Shown here piece by piece: positions 12,282-24,911 of a stretch of DNA of 64,000 nt. The stretch spans positions 192,944,001 to 193,008,000 of the forward strand of contig NC_042998.1 in NCBI RefSeq assembly GCF_006345805.1, given 5' to 3'. The position numbers and the translations under genes are program-made. How positions within the stretch are numbered: position 1 is the stretch's first letter; every line of letters starts with the position of its first letter. The notes under the pieces were generated by a model. It saw only the letters and a program-made list of their open reading frames with translations, did no database searches and was not told the DNA's origin. The DNA comes from Octopus sinensis (Eukaryota).

Positions 12282-13970
12282 CATGTTCATTACATTTGTT
12301 TCCCTTTTGTTTCCTTATCAGCTACACACATCTCGTGCAGTTTCCTTAATCCACTATCATCATCGTCATCAGCATCGTTTAACGTCCGCTTTCAATGCTA
12401 GCATGGGTTAGATGGTTTGACTGAAGGCGGCAAGCTGGCAGAAATGTTAGCACACCGGGCACTATGCTTAGCGGTATTTCGTCTACCACTATGTTGCTAG
12501 TTCAAATTCCGCCGAGGTCGACTTTGTCTTTCATCCTTTCGGGTTTGATTAAATAAGTACCAGTTACACACTGGGGTCAATATAACCGACTTAATCCGTT
12601 TGTCTGTCCTTGTTTGTTCCCTCTGTGTTTAGCCCCTTGTGGGTAGTAAAGAAATAGGTTTGACTGAGGGCTGGCGAACCAGATGGCTGCACCAGGCTCC
12701 AGTCTTGATCTGGCAGAGTTTCTACAGCTGGATGCCCTTCCTAACGCTAACCACTCCAAGAGTGTAGTGGGTGCTTATACCACTTTGGTGGTACTGGCAA
12801 TGGCCACGCCCAAATGGTGCTTTTTATGTGCCACCTGCACAGGAGCCAGTCCAGCAGTTCTCCTTCATTGGTATATGAAGAAGGTGATGTGGATTTCCTT
12901 TAAATAGAAAAGCTATCATCATCATTATCATCGTGTAACATCTGCTTTCCATGCTAGCATGGGTTGGACGATTTGACTGAGGGCTGACGAACCAGATGGC
13001 TGCACCAGGCTCCAGTCTTGATCTGGCAGAGTTTCTACAGCTGGATGTCCTTCCTAATGCCAACCACTCCGAGAGTGTAGTGGGTGCTTTTACGTGCCAC
13101 CAGCACAGGGACCAGTCAGACAGTACTGGCAATGACCTCGCTCGAATCTTTTTACACATGCCAATGGCACATGTGCCAGTAAGGCGATGCTGGTAACAAT
13201 CCCGCTCGAATGGTGCCTCCTACATGCCACCGGCACAGAAGCCAGTTAGTCGCTCTGGCAATGATCATACTAGGATGGTGCTCTTAGCACCTTACTAGCA
13301 TGAGGCACAATTGCTGGTAACGATCACACTTGAATGGTGCCTTTTATGTGTCACTGGCACAGAAGTAGGCATAAAATCAAAAGTATGGGCAAAGTCCCAT
13401 CTTCTCAGACTAATGTATTAAAACTAAATGTGTTTATGTTTCTAGAATGTAATCTAATATGCTTACAATGTGGACAGCAAATGTTACATATTACCAGTCT
13501 TCCAGGCATTCTTTTATATCTGTTCTCAATTCTAAGACATTTTGTAAGCATTGAAAATTATCTAATTCAACAAATCATGCTATATAAGTTTGCTGATGTA
13601 TGCATCTTAGCTTCAATTATGTATTAATGATGAAGTAAGAATACCTCTCTGCCTGCTGTTGTCAAAACTAAATTTAGTGCTCAATTTTCCTGTGATCAAG
13701 CATACCAGCTGACTTACAGCATTAGGCTGTTTAGAGGTTGCTTCTCCAGATGGCAATTCTAGGCTACTTATATATAGCAATAGCAGGATAGAAAAACTAG
13801 GTAACAGTAATTCTTTTCTTCTCCATTTAATTAAAGAAGTGGCGTTTTTTTTTGTTTTTTGTTTTGGGAGTGTTTTTAATGAAAAATCTAACAAAATAAG
13901 TTTCATAATTTTTACTGAGTATATACTAAGTATATATGTCAGAATATTTTACTGAATATATATCAGAACT

Positions 13971-14385
13971 GTTGTATCTGGGGAGAGTCATTTTCCTTTT
14001 GTGCCTTATAATGTAACACACTCACTGGTAAAATTTCCACTTATTTTTTATTTTTATTTTCCTAAAATTTTCGTTGCATTTTGCAACCTTTTCAATAGTC
14101 TTGACTCTGTCAGTGAGTGTGTTACATTACAAGGCACAAAAAGAAAATGACTCTCCCCAGACACAACAGAATATGCTTCAACACAGGAACATGCATCTCC
14201 TCCAAGCTATACACAAAATCTGAGAGTCAAGACTATTGAAAAGGTTGCAAGACGCAATGAAAATTTTAGGGAAATAAAAATAAGAAATAAGTGGAAATTT
14301 TACTGGTGAGTGTGTTACATTATAAGGCACAAAATTAAAAAAATGACTCTCCCCAGACACAACAGAATATGCTTCAACACACGAA
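13971..14385. repeat. Complex inverted and partial duplication of the 140-bp repeat
   Basis: Forward unit 13971-14110, partial reverse unit plus flank 14112-14187, and full reverse unit 14222-14363 followed by the same flank agaatatgcttcaacac. Confidence 0.8.
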
Positions 14386-14390
14386 CTCAC

Positions 14391-14459
14391 ATGAAGAATA
14401 TTGCAAACCAAATCCAAAAACGAAATATACCAGAACTGTTTGAATGATTTCATTATGTG
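14391..14459 (-). CDS. Candidate host exon (HNEIIQTVLVYFVFGFGLQYSS in phase 1, or HIMKSFKQFWYISFLDLVCNILH in phase 0)
   Basis: ccatatattttag acceptor, consensus CAT|gtgagt donor, 69 nt. Confidence 0.3.
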
Positions 14460-14719
14460 CTAAAATATATGGGTATGTTAGTACAGATGTAGACATCAGA
14501 GCTAACTCTATACTTGGTATATTTCTTACCCTGTATTATTTGCAGCTACTCTTGTGTTATCACTGATAGGTTTAGAGAGTGAAAAAGAGAGAGAGAGACA
14601 GAGAGGCCGATGGACAGAAGGAAAGTTTCCATTCAAATGGATCTTTCTGATGGCTGACAGATTAAATTTGTTTTCGCTCAAAACAGGTTATTTTGCAATA
14701 GCCACCAAACTATCATTAC

Positions 14720-14764
14720 CTAAGACAAAATATCTTTCTCGTCCTGATGACAGCTTAGAATCTT
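14720..14764 (-). CDS. Candidate host exon, phase 1-1 (EDSKLSSGRERYFVL)
   Basis: Weak acceptor (cccaaaatag), TAG|gtaatg donor, 45 nt. Confidence 0.15.
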   Translation of the reverse strand, partial: KILSCHQDEKDILS

Positions 14765-15123
14765 CTATTTTGGGTTTGTCATAAATATAATATATCTTCC
14801 GTTATTTATTATGAACATAACTCTCATTTGTTACGTCTCTGTCTGTGAGTCTATATACACGTGTGTGTGTGCGAGAGAGTGTCTGATAGATAAGTGTCTA
14901 ACATGCATACACAATGTTGTGAAGCAAGTTGAAGCTATTGAAATTTTCTGTATGAAAAAGATGTAATATGTAACGAAAATATTTTCATAGTACTATATTT
15001 GTTTACTATAGTATCTTCAATCATTCCCCTTTTCCCACTATATTACTAGTATTTATTTTATCAACACAGAAAGGTGAAAGAAAAACTTGAACACAATACT
15101 ATTTGAATCTGATCAAAGATTAC

Positions 15124-15174
15124 CGCATGCCTTTTGTTCAACACTCCACCAATTCTGCCATCTACCACATATTA
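15124..15174 (-). CDS. Candidate host exon, phase 1-1 (ICGRWQNWWSVEQKAC)
   Basis: ttttattgtttgtacatatag acceptor, GCG|gtaatc donor, 51 nt, only one open frame. Confidence 0.25.
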
Positions 15175-15989
15175 CTATATGTACAAACAATAAAATGGTT
15201 TGTGATTTAGGTGAAAGGTCAGTAATTTTGAGGATTAGTCAATACCAACCACCTCTGTACTTAGACTACTGTATTGATCCCAAAGTTAACCTTACCAAGA
15301 CTTCAACTTAGAACTTGGAAGAAATATCATGAGTGGCTGTGTGGTAAGTAGCTTGTTTACCAACCACATGGTTCCGGGTTCAGTCCTACTGCGTGGCACC
15401 TTGGGCAAGTGTCTTCTAACTATAGCCTCGGGCCGACCAAAGCCTTCTGAGTGGATTTGGTAGACGGAAAACTGAAAGAAGCCCATCGTATATATGTATG
15501 TATATATGTGTGTGTGTGTGTGCGTGTATGTTTGTGTGTCTGTTTGTCCCCCCAACATCGCTTGACAACCGATGCTGGTGTGTTTATGTCCCCGTAACTT
15601 AGCGGTTTGGCAAAAGAGACCGATAGAATAAGTACTGGGCTTACAAAGAATAAGTCCCGAGGTCGAGTTGCTCGATTAAAGGCGGTGCTCCAGCATGGCC
15701 ACAGTCACATGACTGAAACAAGTAAAAGAGTAAGAGTAAAGCATTTTATCCAGCATCAACAATTCTGTCAATCTACCAATCTTTTGATGATGATACTTTG
15801 TACCATAGGCACAAGGCCTGAAATTTTGGGGGAGGGAACTAATCGATTACATTGACCCCCAGTATTCAACTGGTATTTATTTCATCAACCCTGGAAAGAT
15901 GACATGCACAGTCGACCTCGGTGTAATTTGAACTCAGAATGTGAAAATAGATGAAATATCGCAAAGCATTTCACCTAGCATGCTAACGA

Positions 15990-16700
15990 TTGTAGTTGGT
16001 GCTTTTTATATGCCACTGGCTTGAGGGCCAGTCAAGCAGTACTGGCATTGACCACGCTTGAATGGTGCTTTCTACATGCCACCAGCATGGAAGCCAGTCA
16101 GGCTGCACTGGCAGCAACCACACTCAAATGGTGCTTTTTACATGCCACCTGCACAGGTGCTACTGTCATCGGCCACGACAACAACTTCACTTGCCTCAAC
16201 AGGTCTTCGCAAACGCAGTTTATTGCCCTATGATTGAAGGGTACTCTTAAATGGGCTGGTTATGCTGTACTGGCATAGTCCACATTTACAGTCTCACTTG
16301 GCTTGCTGGGTCTTCTCAAGCACAGTATATTTCCAAAGGTCTCGGTCGTTTGTCATCACTTGGGTGAGACCCAACGTTTGAAGGTCATGCTTCACCAGCT
16401 CATCCCAGATCTTCCTGGGTCTACTTCTTCCACAGGTTCTCTCTACTGCTATAGTGTGACTCTTTTTCACACAGCTGTCCTCATCCATATGCAACACATA
16501 ACTATATCAGTGCACTCGTCTCTCTTGCACACCAACTTTTCTCTCAGGACATTTACACTCCATCTTGTATGCACACTGACATTACACACCTATTGGAGCA
16601 TACTAGCTTCATTCCTTGCAAGCTTATGCATGTCCTCAGCAGTTACGGCCATGTTTCACTGCCATGTAGCATGGCTGTTCGCACACATGCATCATACAGT
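15990..16700 (-). mobile_element. RTE-clade LINE fragment: ORF2 C-terminus running into the family A 3' UTR
   Basis: Peptides CVRTAMLHGSETW..AEDMHKLARNEASML and GRSRPRKIWDELVKHDLQTLGL...DRDLWKYTVLEKTQQAK*, frameshifted, followed by VNTR units. Confidence 0.9.
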
Positions 16701-17923
16701 CTACCTTTTACTCTGAGTGAGAGGTCCTTTGTCACCAGCAGAGGTGTCACGCAGTGGGACTGAACCACATGGTTCTGGGTTCAGTACCACTGCATAGCAC
16801 CTTGGGCAAGTGTCTTCTACTATAGCCTCAGGCCGACGAAAGCCTTGTGAGTGGATTTGGTAGATGGAAACTGAAAGAAGCCCATCGTATATATGTATAT
16901 ATATATATATATATGTATGTGTATATGTTTGTGTGTCTGTGTTTGTCCCCCCAACATCACTTGACAACCGATGCTGGTGTGTTTACGTCCATGTAACTTA
17001 GCGGTTTGGCAAAATAGACCGATAGAATAAGTACTAGGCTTACAAAGAATAAGTCCTGGGGTCAATTTGCTTGACTAAAGGTGGTGCTCCAGCATGACCA
17101 CAGTCAAATGACTGAAACAAGTAGTAAGCTAGGATTTGAAAGAAATTTGGGTACCATTTTTAGCAGCCGATAGGGGCTCCCTCTTTTGTTCAGTGTGTGT
17201 ATGTGGACGGGGTGCGGTTTATGTTTTTGTACAAGCTATGTTTATACACTAAGTCATGCCTCTTTTGAGATCCCTGATAAAATTTCAATTTCTTTCTGGG
17301 TGTTCTTGACTTCAGCTGTCATGCTAAAATCGCATATCATATAAATCCACTTAGTTCCAGTTTTCAAGTATTTCTATTTTGCCCAATGTCTAGAGCTAAC
17401 TACCTTGAAATACATGTGGCAAGGACTGGCTGCTGAAAATAAGGTGATCTCATGTTAGTCTACAATTAATATTAGTATTTTATTTTATTAAAATATGGCT
17501 GTGTGGTTTGGGAGCTTGCTTTCTAGCTACATGATTTCGGGTTCAGTCCCACTGCGTGGCACTTTGGGTACGTGTCTTCCACTATGGTCCCGAGCCGACC
17601 GAAGCTTTGTGATTGAATTCGGTAGGCGGAAGTTACTGTCGTGTATGTATATGTGCGTGTAGGTGCTTGTGCCTCTCCAAAAGAGAGAGAGGGAGCAGTT
17701 TTGGTGAAGCATTGTGTAATTTGGACATTTTGGGGCGAGACATCTTGCACAGCGAAAATCAAACATTGTTTCTACTTTTTGTCCAGTTTTTTTTTTAATG
17801 ATTAATATCTTTTCTATCAGTTCTCTCTCTCTCTCTCTGTCTCTCTCTCTCTCTCTCTCTCCTCTCTCTCTCGTTTTGCTGCTGGTGACTAACAATGTAG
17901 AGGGTTTTCTCTTTGTTTTTTAC

Positions 17924-18109
17924 CATATGTTTTTAGTTCCTTCCTGATTTTATTATTTGCTTTGTCATTTTTTACATTTTCTATTATTTTCTTCTCTATT
18001 CTTATTAATTTGAAAATTATAACGACAGAGATAATAGCAGAAACAGTAAAATCTTGAACGAAATACTCTGTACTATTTAACCCCATTCCTTTATATTGTG
18101 GCATCAAAT
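17924..18109 (-). CDS. Candidate host exon, phase 1-1, with a TM-like segment followed by a basic stretch (LMPQYKGMGLNSTEYFVQDFTVSAIISVVIIFKLIRIEKK...KELKTY)
   Basis: cttcatctactctacaag acceptor, ATG|gtaaaa donor, 186 nt open frame (ORF 17889-18143). Confidence 0.25.
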
Positions 18110-19102
18110 CTTGTAGAGTAGATGAAGTGCAGGTCAAGTGCAAGAATGAAACTGACTATAGCCTAATCCAAAATTTGTAGCTTTGTGCTTGTGTTAGAAA
18201 ACATCATTATGTTTCCAACAGTTTCATGCAAGTTTCACCATGCAAGCTTCATCTGCTACACCAGTTGCAATTCTGAGTGTGTGCTATATTTGATTTTTAA
18301 AGAATAAATAAATATCAAATGGAAATTGTAGTTGTGATACCTGTGCCGGTGGCACGTAAAAAAGCACCATCCGAACGTGGCCGGTGCCAGCGCCGCCTTG
18401 AATAGCTTCTGTGCCAGTGGCATGTGACCTGCTGTGCTTGAGGAGACCTATTGAGTCAAGTACATCAACATCGAAATAAATATCAAATGGAAATTGTAGT
18501 TGTGATACCCGTGCTGGTGACACGTAAAAAGCACCATCCGTATATGGCCAATGCCAGCCCCGCCTTGACTGGCTTCTGTGCCAGTGGCACATAAAAAGCA
18601 CCAACCGATCGTGGCCGCTGCCAGCCTCACCTGGCACCTGTGCCGGTGGCACATAAAAAGCACTCACTACACTCATGGAGTGGTTGGTGTTAGGAAGGCC
18701 ATCCAGCTGTAGAAACACTGCCAGATCATACTGGAGCCTGGTGCAGCCTCCTGGCTTCCCAGACCCCGGTCGAACCGTCCAACCCATGCTAGCATGGAAA
18801 ACGGACGTTAAACAATGATGGTGATGATGATGATGATGATAGAATAATGTTTGTATGTTACTGCAGATTGGTTTTATTGTTTCTGGTTTTGTCTATTGTA
18901 GGCTGTGTGATATGAGTTGTAGTATTTTGTTTGGTGGTGTTTGTGTTTTGTACATGCTATGTAATCTATTAATTTTCTAAGTGCTTATATCATAGAGTAT
19001 GAGTTCATTTGCATTGTTTGGTGATGATTCCTTAGTGTATGTATTTCATGAGGTGTGTTATTTTATCGGATGATTGTTGCATAAGGTGTTTTGTGTGCAA
19101 AC

Positions 19103-19146
19103 TGTACTATTTGAGTTATGCTATTGAGCATAACTCAAATAGTACA
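19103..19146. repeat. Perfect 20-bp-arm hairpin
   Basis: tgtactatttgagttatgct-attg-agcataactcaaatagtaca. Confidence 0.9.
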
Positions 19147-19289
19147 CTTCGGTAGCTATTGGTACTGTGCTGTTTTAACTTACAAGACATTATGCTGTGT
19201 ACTTCTCTCTCTCTCCATCTTTTTGCAAACAATATCATGATCAGAAGGGCGGCAAGCTGGCAGAATTGTTAGCTCACCGGGCGAAGAGA

Positions 19290-20620
19290 TTACGATAACT
19301 GTGAAAGTTCAGATGTTTGCATTCCAGTCCTTGATTATTATATCTGGATGATTTCCTTTGATCTCCTTGTTAGCCTGGATAGACGTATCCCTGATAATTG
19401 CAACCATATTGTCGTCATCATGTTCTGTGTTAGAAAATGTGGATTTTTTCGGTTTGAATGGCAGTTTTTTCTAGCGGTATCATATGAAATTGTCACCCAT
19501 AATTATGACCCTAGTATTGATCTATTGCATTTCTATCTGTTTTAGGGTTAGGGGTGAGGGAAGGGTATCTTTTTTTCTTCACAAATGTAAATAAACCCAA
19601 TCTGTTTCTTAAACGAGGGACATATTCATACGGCACAGAATGTTTTTTTACCTCAATGGACGTCATTGATTGGTTGAAATTGCAGAAATTGAAGGAAAAA
19701 AAAACAACAAATATCTTACAAACTATAGAATTTCATCAATAAAGCCAAGAGAAAAAGATGTTTTATAAACACATTCTACCAGTATACGAAGTTTAAAATT
19801 TTTTAGTTACCTAGAAATTATGTTAAAAAACTGCCGTTCAAACCGAAAAGATCCGAAAATGTTTATACCACATTCGGTTTCACAGTGAAGTGTCAGCATA
19901 TTGCCCGTTAAACGTAGCTGCCTATGCGACCATGTCTGTGAATATAATTGCACTTGGCAGCTGGAAATAATGTATTCAACCATCTCCTTGTATTGGTTGC
20001 ATACCCTGCACTTGATGTTAGTATTGCTTTTTTTCTTTTTTTTTTTAACCTTATTATAGTTATATTATTATTGTGCTTTGATCTTTTACTGCTAAACTCA
20101 GATCTTCTATTTCTGCTTTTAGGTCAAAGTCTTTGAGCCTTTATTGGGTTTCAATCTAGCTCATCACTCTCTGTCCAGTCTTATAGGTGTTGGCCATGGA
20201 GTGGAGTGGCTTTTTTTTTACTCCTTTTTTGTCCTGATATTTTGGAATCTGGTTTTCATTTTGTCTTTTCTGTTTTGTTTTAATCTTAATTTCGTTCGTT
20301 AGTGTAATTTGCTTCCAGTTTGTAATTTATTATTTCCTTAGAGATAAGAGGATTGTTTTTGTTTTGTTTTTTTCTTTTTGTTTTCTTATCAGGTTCCTTT
20401 TGTTTCGTTCTAAGATGTTTTCTAATCACACTTGATATTTTATATTAGTTTTTTTTTTTTTTTTTTTTTTTTTTTTGCATCAGCTCCCATCTCGCTTGTG
20501 TATAGAATAAGTATATCTTACCTCTGTCGGCTTTCTAGGCTCTTCGTTTCACTGAAATTCCATATCATTTTGAAGGTTTATTTATAACTGGGAAGGCTAG
20601 AATATTTACTTTATTGTTAC
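19290..20620 (-). mobile_element. Highly decayed R4/Dong-type (RLE) non-LTR retrotransposon fragment, interrupted by a MITE
   Basis: Minus-strand remnants KAD..K.Y, LKAEIEDLSLAVKDQS...KCRVCNQYKEMVEYIISSC (zinc-knuckle region), WYKH, and IQANKEIKGNHPDIIIKD (start of the RLE domain). (AAT)n at the 5' flank. Confidence 0.7.
19441..19854. mobile_element. ~414-bp MITE with 30-bp TIRs and an 8-bp TSD (Merlin-like by its GG termini; hAT not excluded)
   Basis: TIR GGATCTTTTCGGTTTGAACGGCAGTTTTTT; TSD GAAAATGT at 19433-19440 and 19855-19862. Confidence 0.9.
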
Positions 20621-21489
20621 TAGTATTATTATTATTGTTGTTGTTTTTGTTTCTGTTATTTAAGAGAAAAACCTATCAAAAGTTTATTTTATTGCATCAC
20701 AAAGAATTTGTTGCAATTCAAAAATATACATAAATTAAGAAAATTTTTAAAAAAGTTCTGAGAATGCTTTATCAGCCATTTACAGATGCTTGCTGGTGTT
20801 GCTATTTTGTGGAGCACACTAATATTTATTCTTTGTTTTTACAAAGTGATTATATATTATTTCAGTTAAACGAATTACAGATGAAATTGCAAACACACTT
20901 CTTAATTACCACACTTAAAAATTCAATCATCATCATCATCATCATTTAACGTCCGCTTTCCACGGTAGCATGGGTTGGACGATTTGACTGAGGTCTGGCA
21001 AACCAGACTCCAACCTGATCTGGGGCAGAGTTTCTACAGCTGGATGCCCTTCCTAACGCCAACCACTCCGAGAGTGTAGTGGGTGCTGGTATGTGCCACC
21101 TGTACGAGGGCCAGTTTGGTGGTACTGGCAACAGCCATGCCCAAATGGTGGTTTTTATGTGCCACCTGCACAGGAGCCAGTCCAGCGGCACTGGCGACGA
21201 CCCTAAGAAAATGTTATTTTGTTGGTTTTTGGTTGACTTCTGCTCAACACCACCTCATCTGTAATTATTAAATCTTAAAACATAGTTTTTTTTTGGTTTT
21301 TTTTTCATTTAACATTCATTTTCCATGCTGGCATGGGTTGAAGAAGAATATCTGATTATTGTATCATACCAGGTAACCTGCCTAAAATTTTATAAGACCT
21401 TTGTGTTGTCATTTTCCAAGACAACTGAACATTCATATAAATATCACAAAAATTGTTTTTAAGAGCTTGAGTCACTGAGTATATATATA

Positions 21490-21800
21490 TATATATATAT
21501 ATAAATTAGAAAAAAACCACCTTTTATCAATTCAAAGTGAACAATTAAATTACACAATCTAGAAAATTACATATAAACTTCCCTGTAAGTTTGGATTTAT
21601 ATTCCCTCAAATAATTATTATATATATACAGTTGTTTTGATAAATTATTATCTCTATATATATTTTATGTGAGCCAGTAACGGCTAGTCTGATACTATCT
21701 GAGATATTATTTTATAAAATAGATAACATATGTAACATTTACTTTATTTAATTTGACAGATATTTGTCCTCGTTTTTTTGTTGTTAAAACACTTCAAGGA
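21490..21800. repeat. TA-microsatellite-associated repeat, possibly a Penelope-like remnant
   Basis: Follows (TA)n and includes tttgacagatatttgtcctc. Weak resemblance only. Confidence 0.25.
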
Positions 21801-22540
21801 CAAATATCTATCAAATGTAAATAATATAAATAATTTCTCGCCTCTTAAATATATAACTGTAATATCAATAATTTTGGAAATTATTGATATTCTTGTCAAT
21901 GTGTCTTGCATTGATGTCTTATAACCGTATGGTAAATCCTGCATCAACTACCCCATCCTGGTTGGATTTCTTCATTCACATTCAGCTTTTAATCCCTGAC
22001 TGGGGACATGCAGTGTTGCATAAGGTTTACATTGTAGCTATTCAACAAAATGTTACCCAGGTTCTTAAGGAGCATTTTCTGCTACGATGAACAATTTACT
22101 ACATTTCTTTCCATTGTAATTAACGTAGGTATGTAAATAATCTGCTTGTTCAGAGCTGTTGAAGGGCTTCAAAACAATACTTAAAGGTATGCAGTAGGTT
22201 TCCATGGGAGCAAGAAATGTAATAAGTAACATTGATAACTGCCTTCTGAAACTATTTTCTGATACTCAAGACTTTCCTACTATCTTCACATTTTGGTATG
22301 TGTAAGTTGTCTAATGTCTGGTTTATTGCAGTGTGTGTCTGTGTGTCTGATACTTTTGTCATGGTGCTCTCATATATATATAATACTTGATGTTCGCATA
22401 CAATTCTATAAAACCATATTCTGTTGCTGGCATTGAAAATGTGTTGCTCATATTGACACCTTTTTTTGTGATTTACCATTATTATCATCGTCATCATCAA
22501 CATCATCATTATTATTATTATCACTATTATTATTATTATT

Positions 22541-23098
22541 GAGTGAGAGAGTAGTGCATGCCATCAAAGTGACACTGGGATAAAATATACAAAGCCCAGT
22601 ATACCCATCATGACTACCCGTCTGATAAAGGTACACTAGGCACATGCATCACAACCATATGTGCGCCACACGGTGATCTCATATCAAGATATACAGCACA
22701 TGACCTTGCAGGTGGGACCCAGTTAGAATTTTCTTCTGGTTGAGTAGCCCATCCCGCTCAAAAGGTCCCTGAATAAGGGTTGTTAAAGGATGTTGAATGA
22801 AACACCCATGTTTCCAGAGGTGAATTATTCAAACCCCAAAGAATCCCTCTCATCACATGGCTATGATGCTCTCCCACTACTACCGCTTGTGATCTGAGAT
22901 GCACATATCGTCAGCCTCTAAGGAACATGCTCAACTGGTTATGGTCAAACAACTGACAAGCAAATCTGTGGAATTGAGCAGAATATTTGCTGTAGCCCAT
23001 CTTTTATACCAAGACAAAACAATGTACATGATAACACTTCCAATCAGTTAAGATCAGAAGCCACAAGAGCCACTGCCTGGTACTGCATCTGGGTATTT
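22541..23098. mobile_element. Unclassified ~560-bp insertion flanked by (TAA)n on both sides
   Basis: Block of higher GC sitting exactly between two (TTA)n tracts. No ORF or TIR. Confidence 0.5.
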
Positions 23099-23368
23099 AT
23101 TATTATTATTATTATTATTAATAATAAAAGAATTAATTATTATTATTGTTGTTGTTGTTGTTACTAAGGCACTGACAGAATCATTAGTATGCCAGGCAAA
23201 ATGCTTAGCAGCATTTCATCCATCTTTACGTTCTAAGTTCAAATTCCGCCAAAGTCAACTTTGCCTTTTTCAGGGTCAATAAAGTGAGTACCTGTCACGT
23301 AATGGGGCCAATGCAATCAACTAGTCCCCTCCACCAAAATTTCAGGCCTTGTGCCTATAGCAGAAAGG

Positions 23369-23400
<32 letters not shown>

Positions 23401-23829
23401 TACTACTGATATTAGAATTGTGAATTAGCAGAAATTTTAGATCATTGATCATAATGCTCTTTGTGGTATATGTATCAACTCTTTACCTTTTGAGTTTGAA
23501 TCTTGCCAATGTCAAATAATTTGCATTTCAGTTTTCTGGGATTGATAAAATTAAGTACTAGTCAAGTACTGGGGTTGATTTCATTGACTCACTCCCCTCT
23601 CCCAGTATTTCTGACTTTGTGCCTATTGGAAAGGTTTGAGGAGTGACAAAGAGTACAGCATTAAATTAAATGGTAAATAGCATTTAGCTCCATCCCATTG
23701 GTCTAAATTATGTGATTTGACTTTGACTTTCATCCCTTGTTTGAGTTGAGGATTAAATAGTACCAGACATATACTTAGGTTCATTTAATGAACTATGAAC
23801 TATTTCTCTTGAAATCCTTCTGCCAAAAT

Positions 23830-24214
23830 GATGGCCTTCCAATAGTGATCCTCTCCTTCCAGGGATTGGATATAGTCTCCAGCAGCTTCATATAGGGGTC
23901 TGAATTGAGCCTAGGGCCCTGCTCAAAGATGTGGGGTTGAATTCTAGCATGCAAACACAGTCAGAATACCTGTTGTGTCCCTTTCTGTTGGCCATGGCTT
24001 CACAGTCCTCTTTCAGAGTCTCTATGTCATGTCTTACAGCATTTACAGTATTTAAAGAACATTGAGAAGCGATCATGATGTCAGCATTTTGATATCCAGG
24101 GTGAACCATCATGACACAGGCAACCCTTTTCTCACATCCAGATGGCTTCCAGTCCTCCATGGCACCTAACTTTTTCTCAACTTCAACTTTAATCTTTATG
24201 CTCTCCAACACCAT
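23830..24214 (-). mobile_element. Internally deleted maT/DD37D-like (Tc1/mariner superfamily) transposase remnant
   Basis: MEDWKPSGCEKRVACVMMV...ANRKGHNRYSDCV (RK.H.R.SD motif) joined to KLLETISNPWKERITIGRP, which resembles VLE.V.KPW....GRPY. Confidence 0.55.
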
Positions 24215-24471
24215 CGACTGTTCACTAATACATTAGGCTGTTCTTGAAAAAAGGAGACATAAAATATAGTCAAATTTATGCAGATTCCCCTGAGCATAGT
24301 TTATCATGAAATATTAATGGTTACATTGGAGGTGGATATGGTACATTTCATTGATACCCAAGAGAGGATTCAATTCCTCGCTATTTATTTTAGCTGCTGG
24401 CAAAACCCAACGCTGAGCTGTTCTAAAAAAAGTAATGTTTTAACAACTCTTTTAGCGTGTGTATGTGTGCG

Positions 24472-24519
<48 letters not shown>

Positions 24520-24588
24520 ATGTTGGTAAAAACGATAAGATAACAAAAGAAAGAAAGCAACCTCGATATTATGTAAATAGAGGAAATT

Positions 24589-24785
24589 TATCTGTAAAAT
24601 GATATGTGACAATTATTCGGTAGCCATGATAAAACTCTGAGTTTCATATGAAAAATGACCGTCATAGCGTTTTTCCGATGGCCAGATAACTGAAGAGATG
24701 TTGGCATGGATTTTCACTTCGGCATCCAAAACTCAGAGTTTTATCTTGGCTACCAAATAATTGTTACATATTACATTTACAGATA
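24589..24785. repeat. Inverted repeat with ~57-bp arms and ~83-bp spacer (MITE-like or fold-back)
   Basis: tatctgtaaaatgatatgtgacaattattcggtagccatgataaaactctgagttt pairs with aaactcagagttttatcttggctaccaaataattgttacatattacatttacagata. Confidence 0.8.
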
Positions 24786-24792
24786 TATATAA

Positions 24793-24844
<52 letters not shown>

Positions 24845-24911
24845 AAAATTCACAAAAAAAACAAATGACGGAGACAGATGCATTAGTTTAACACTCGAGA
24901 AGTGAAAAAGT

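Noticed and set aside
11660-22545. Shared NNGKSQKK-encoding stretch at ~11700 (+) and ~22470 (-)
   Set aside because: The match is short and lies next to AAT/GAT low-complexity tracts, so it is compatible with chance or a tiny repeat remnant.
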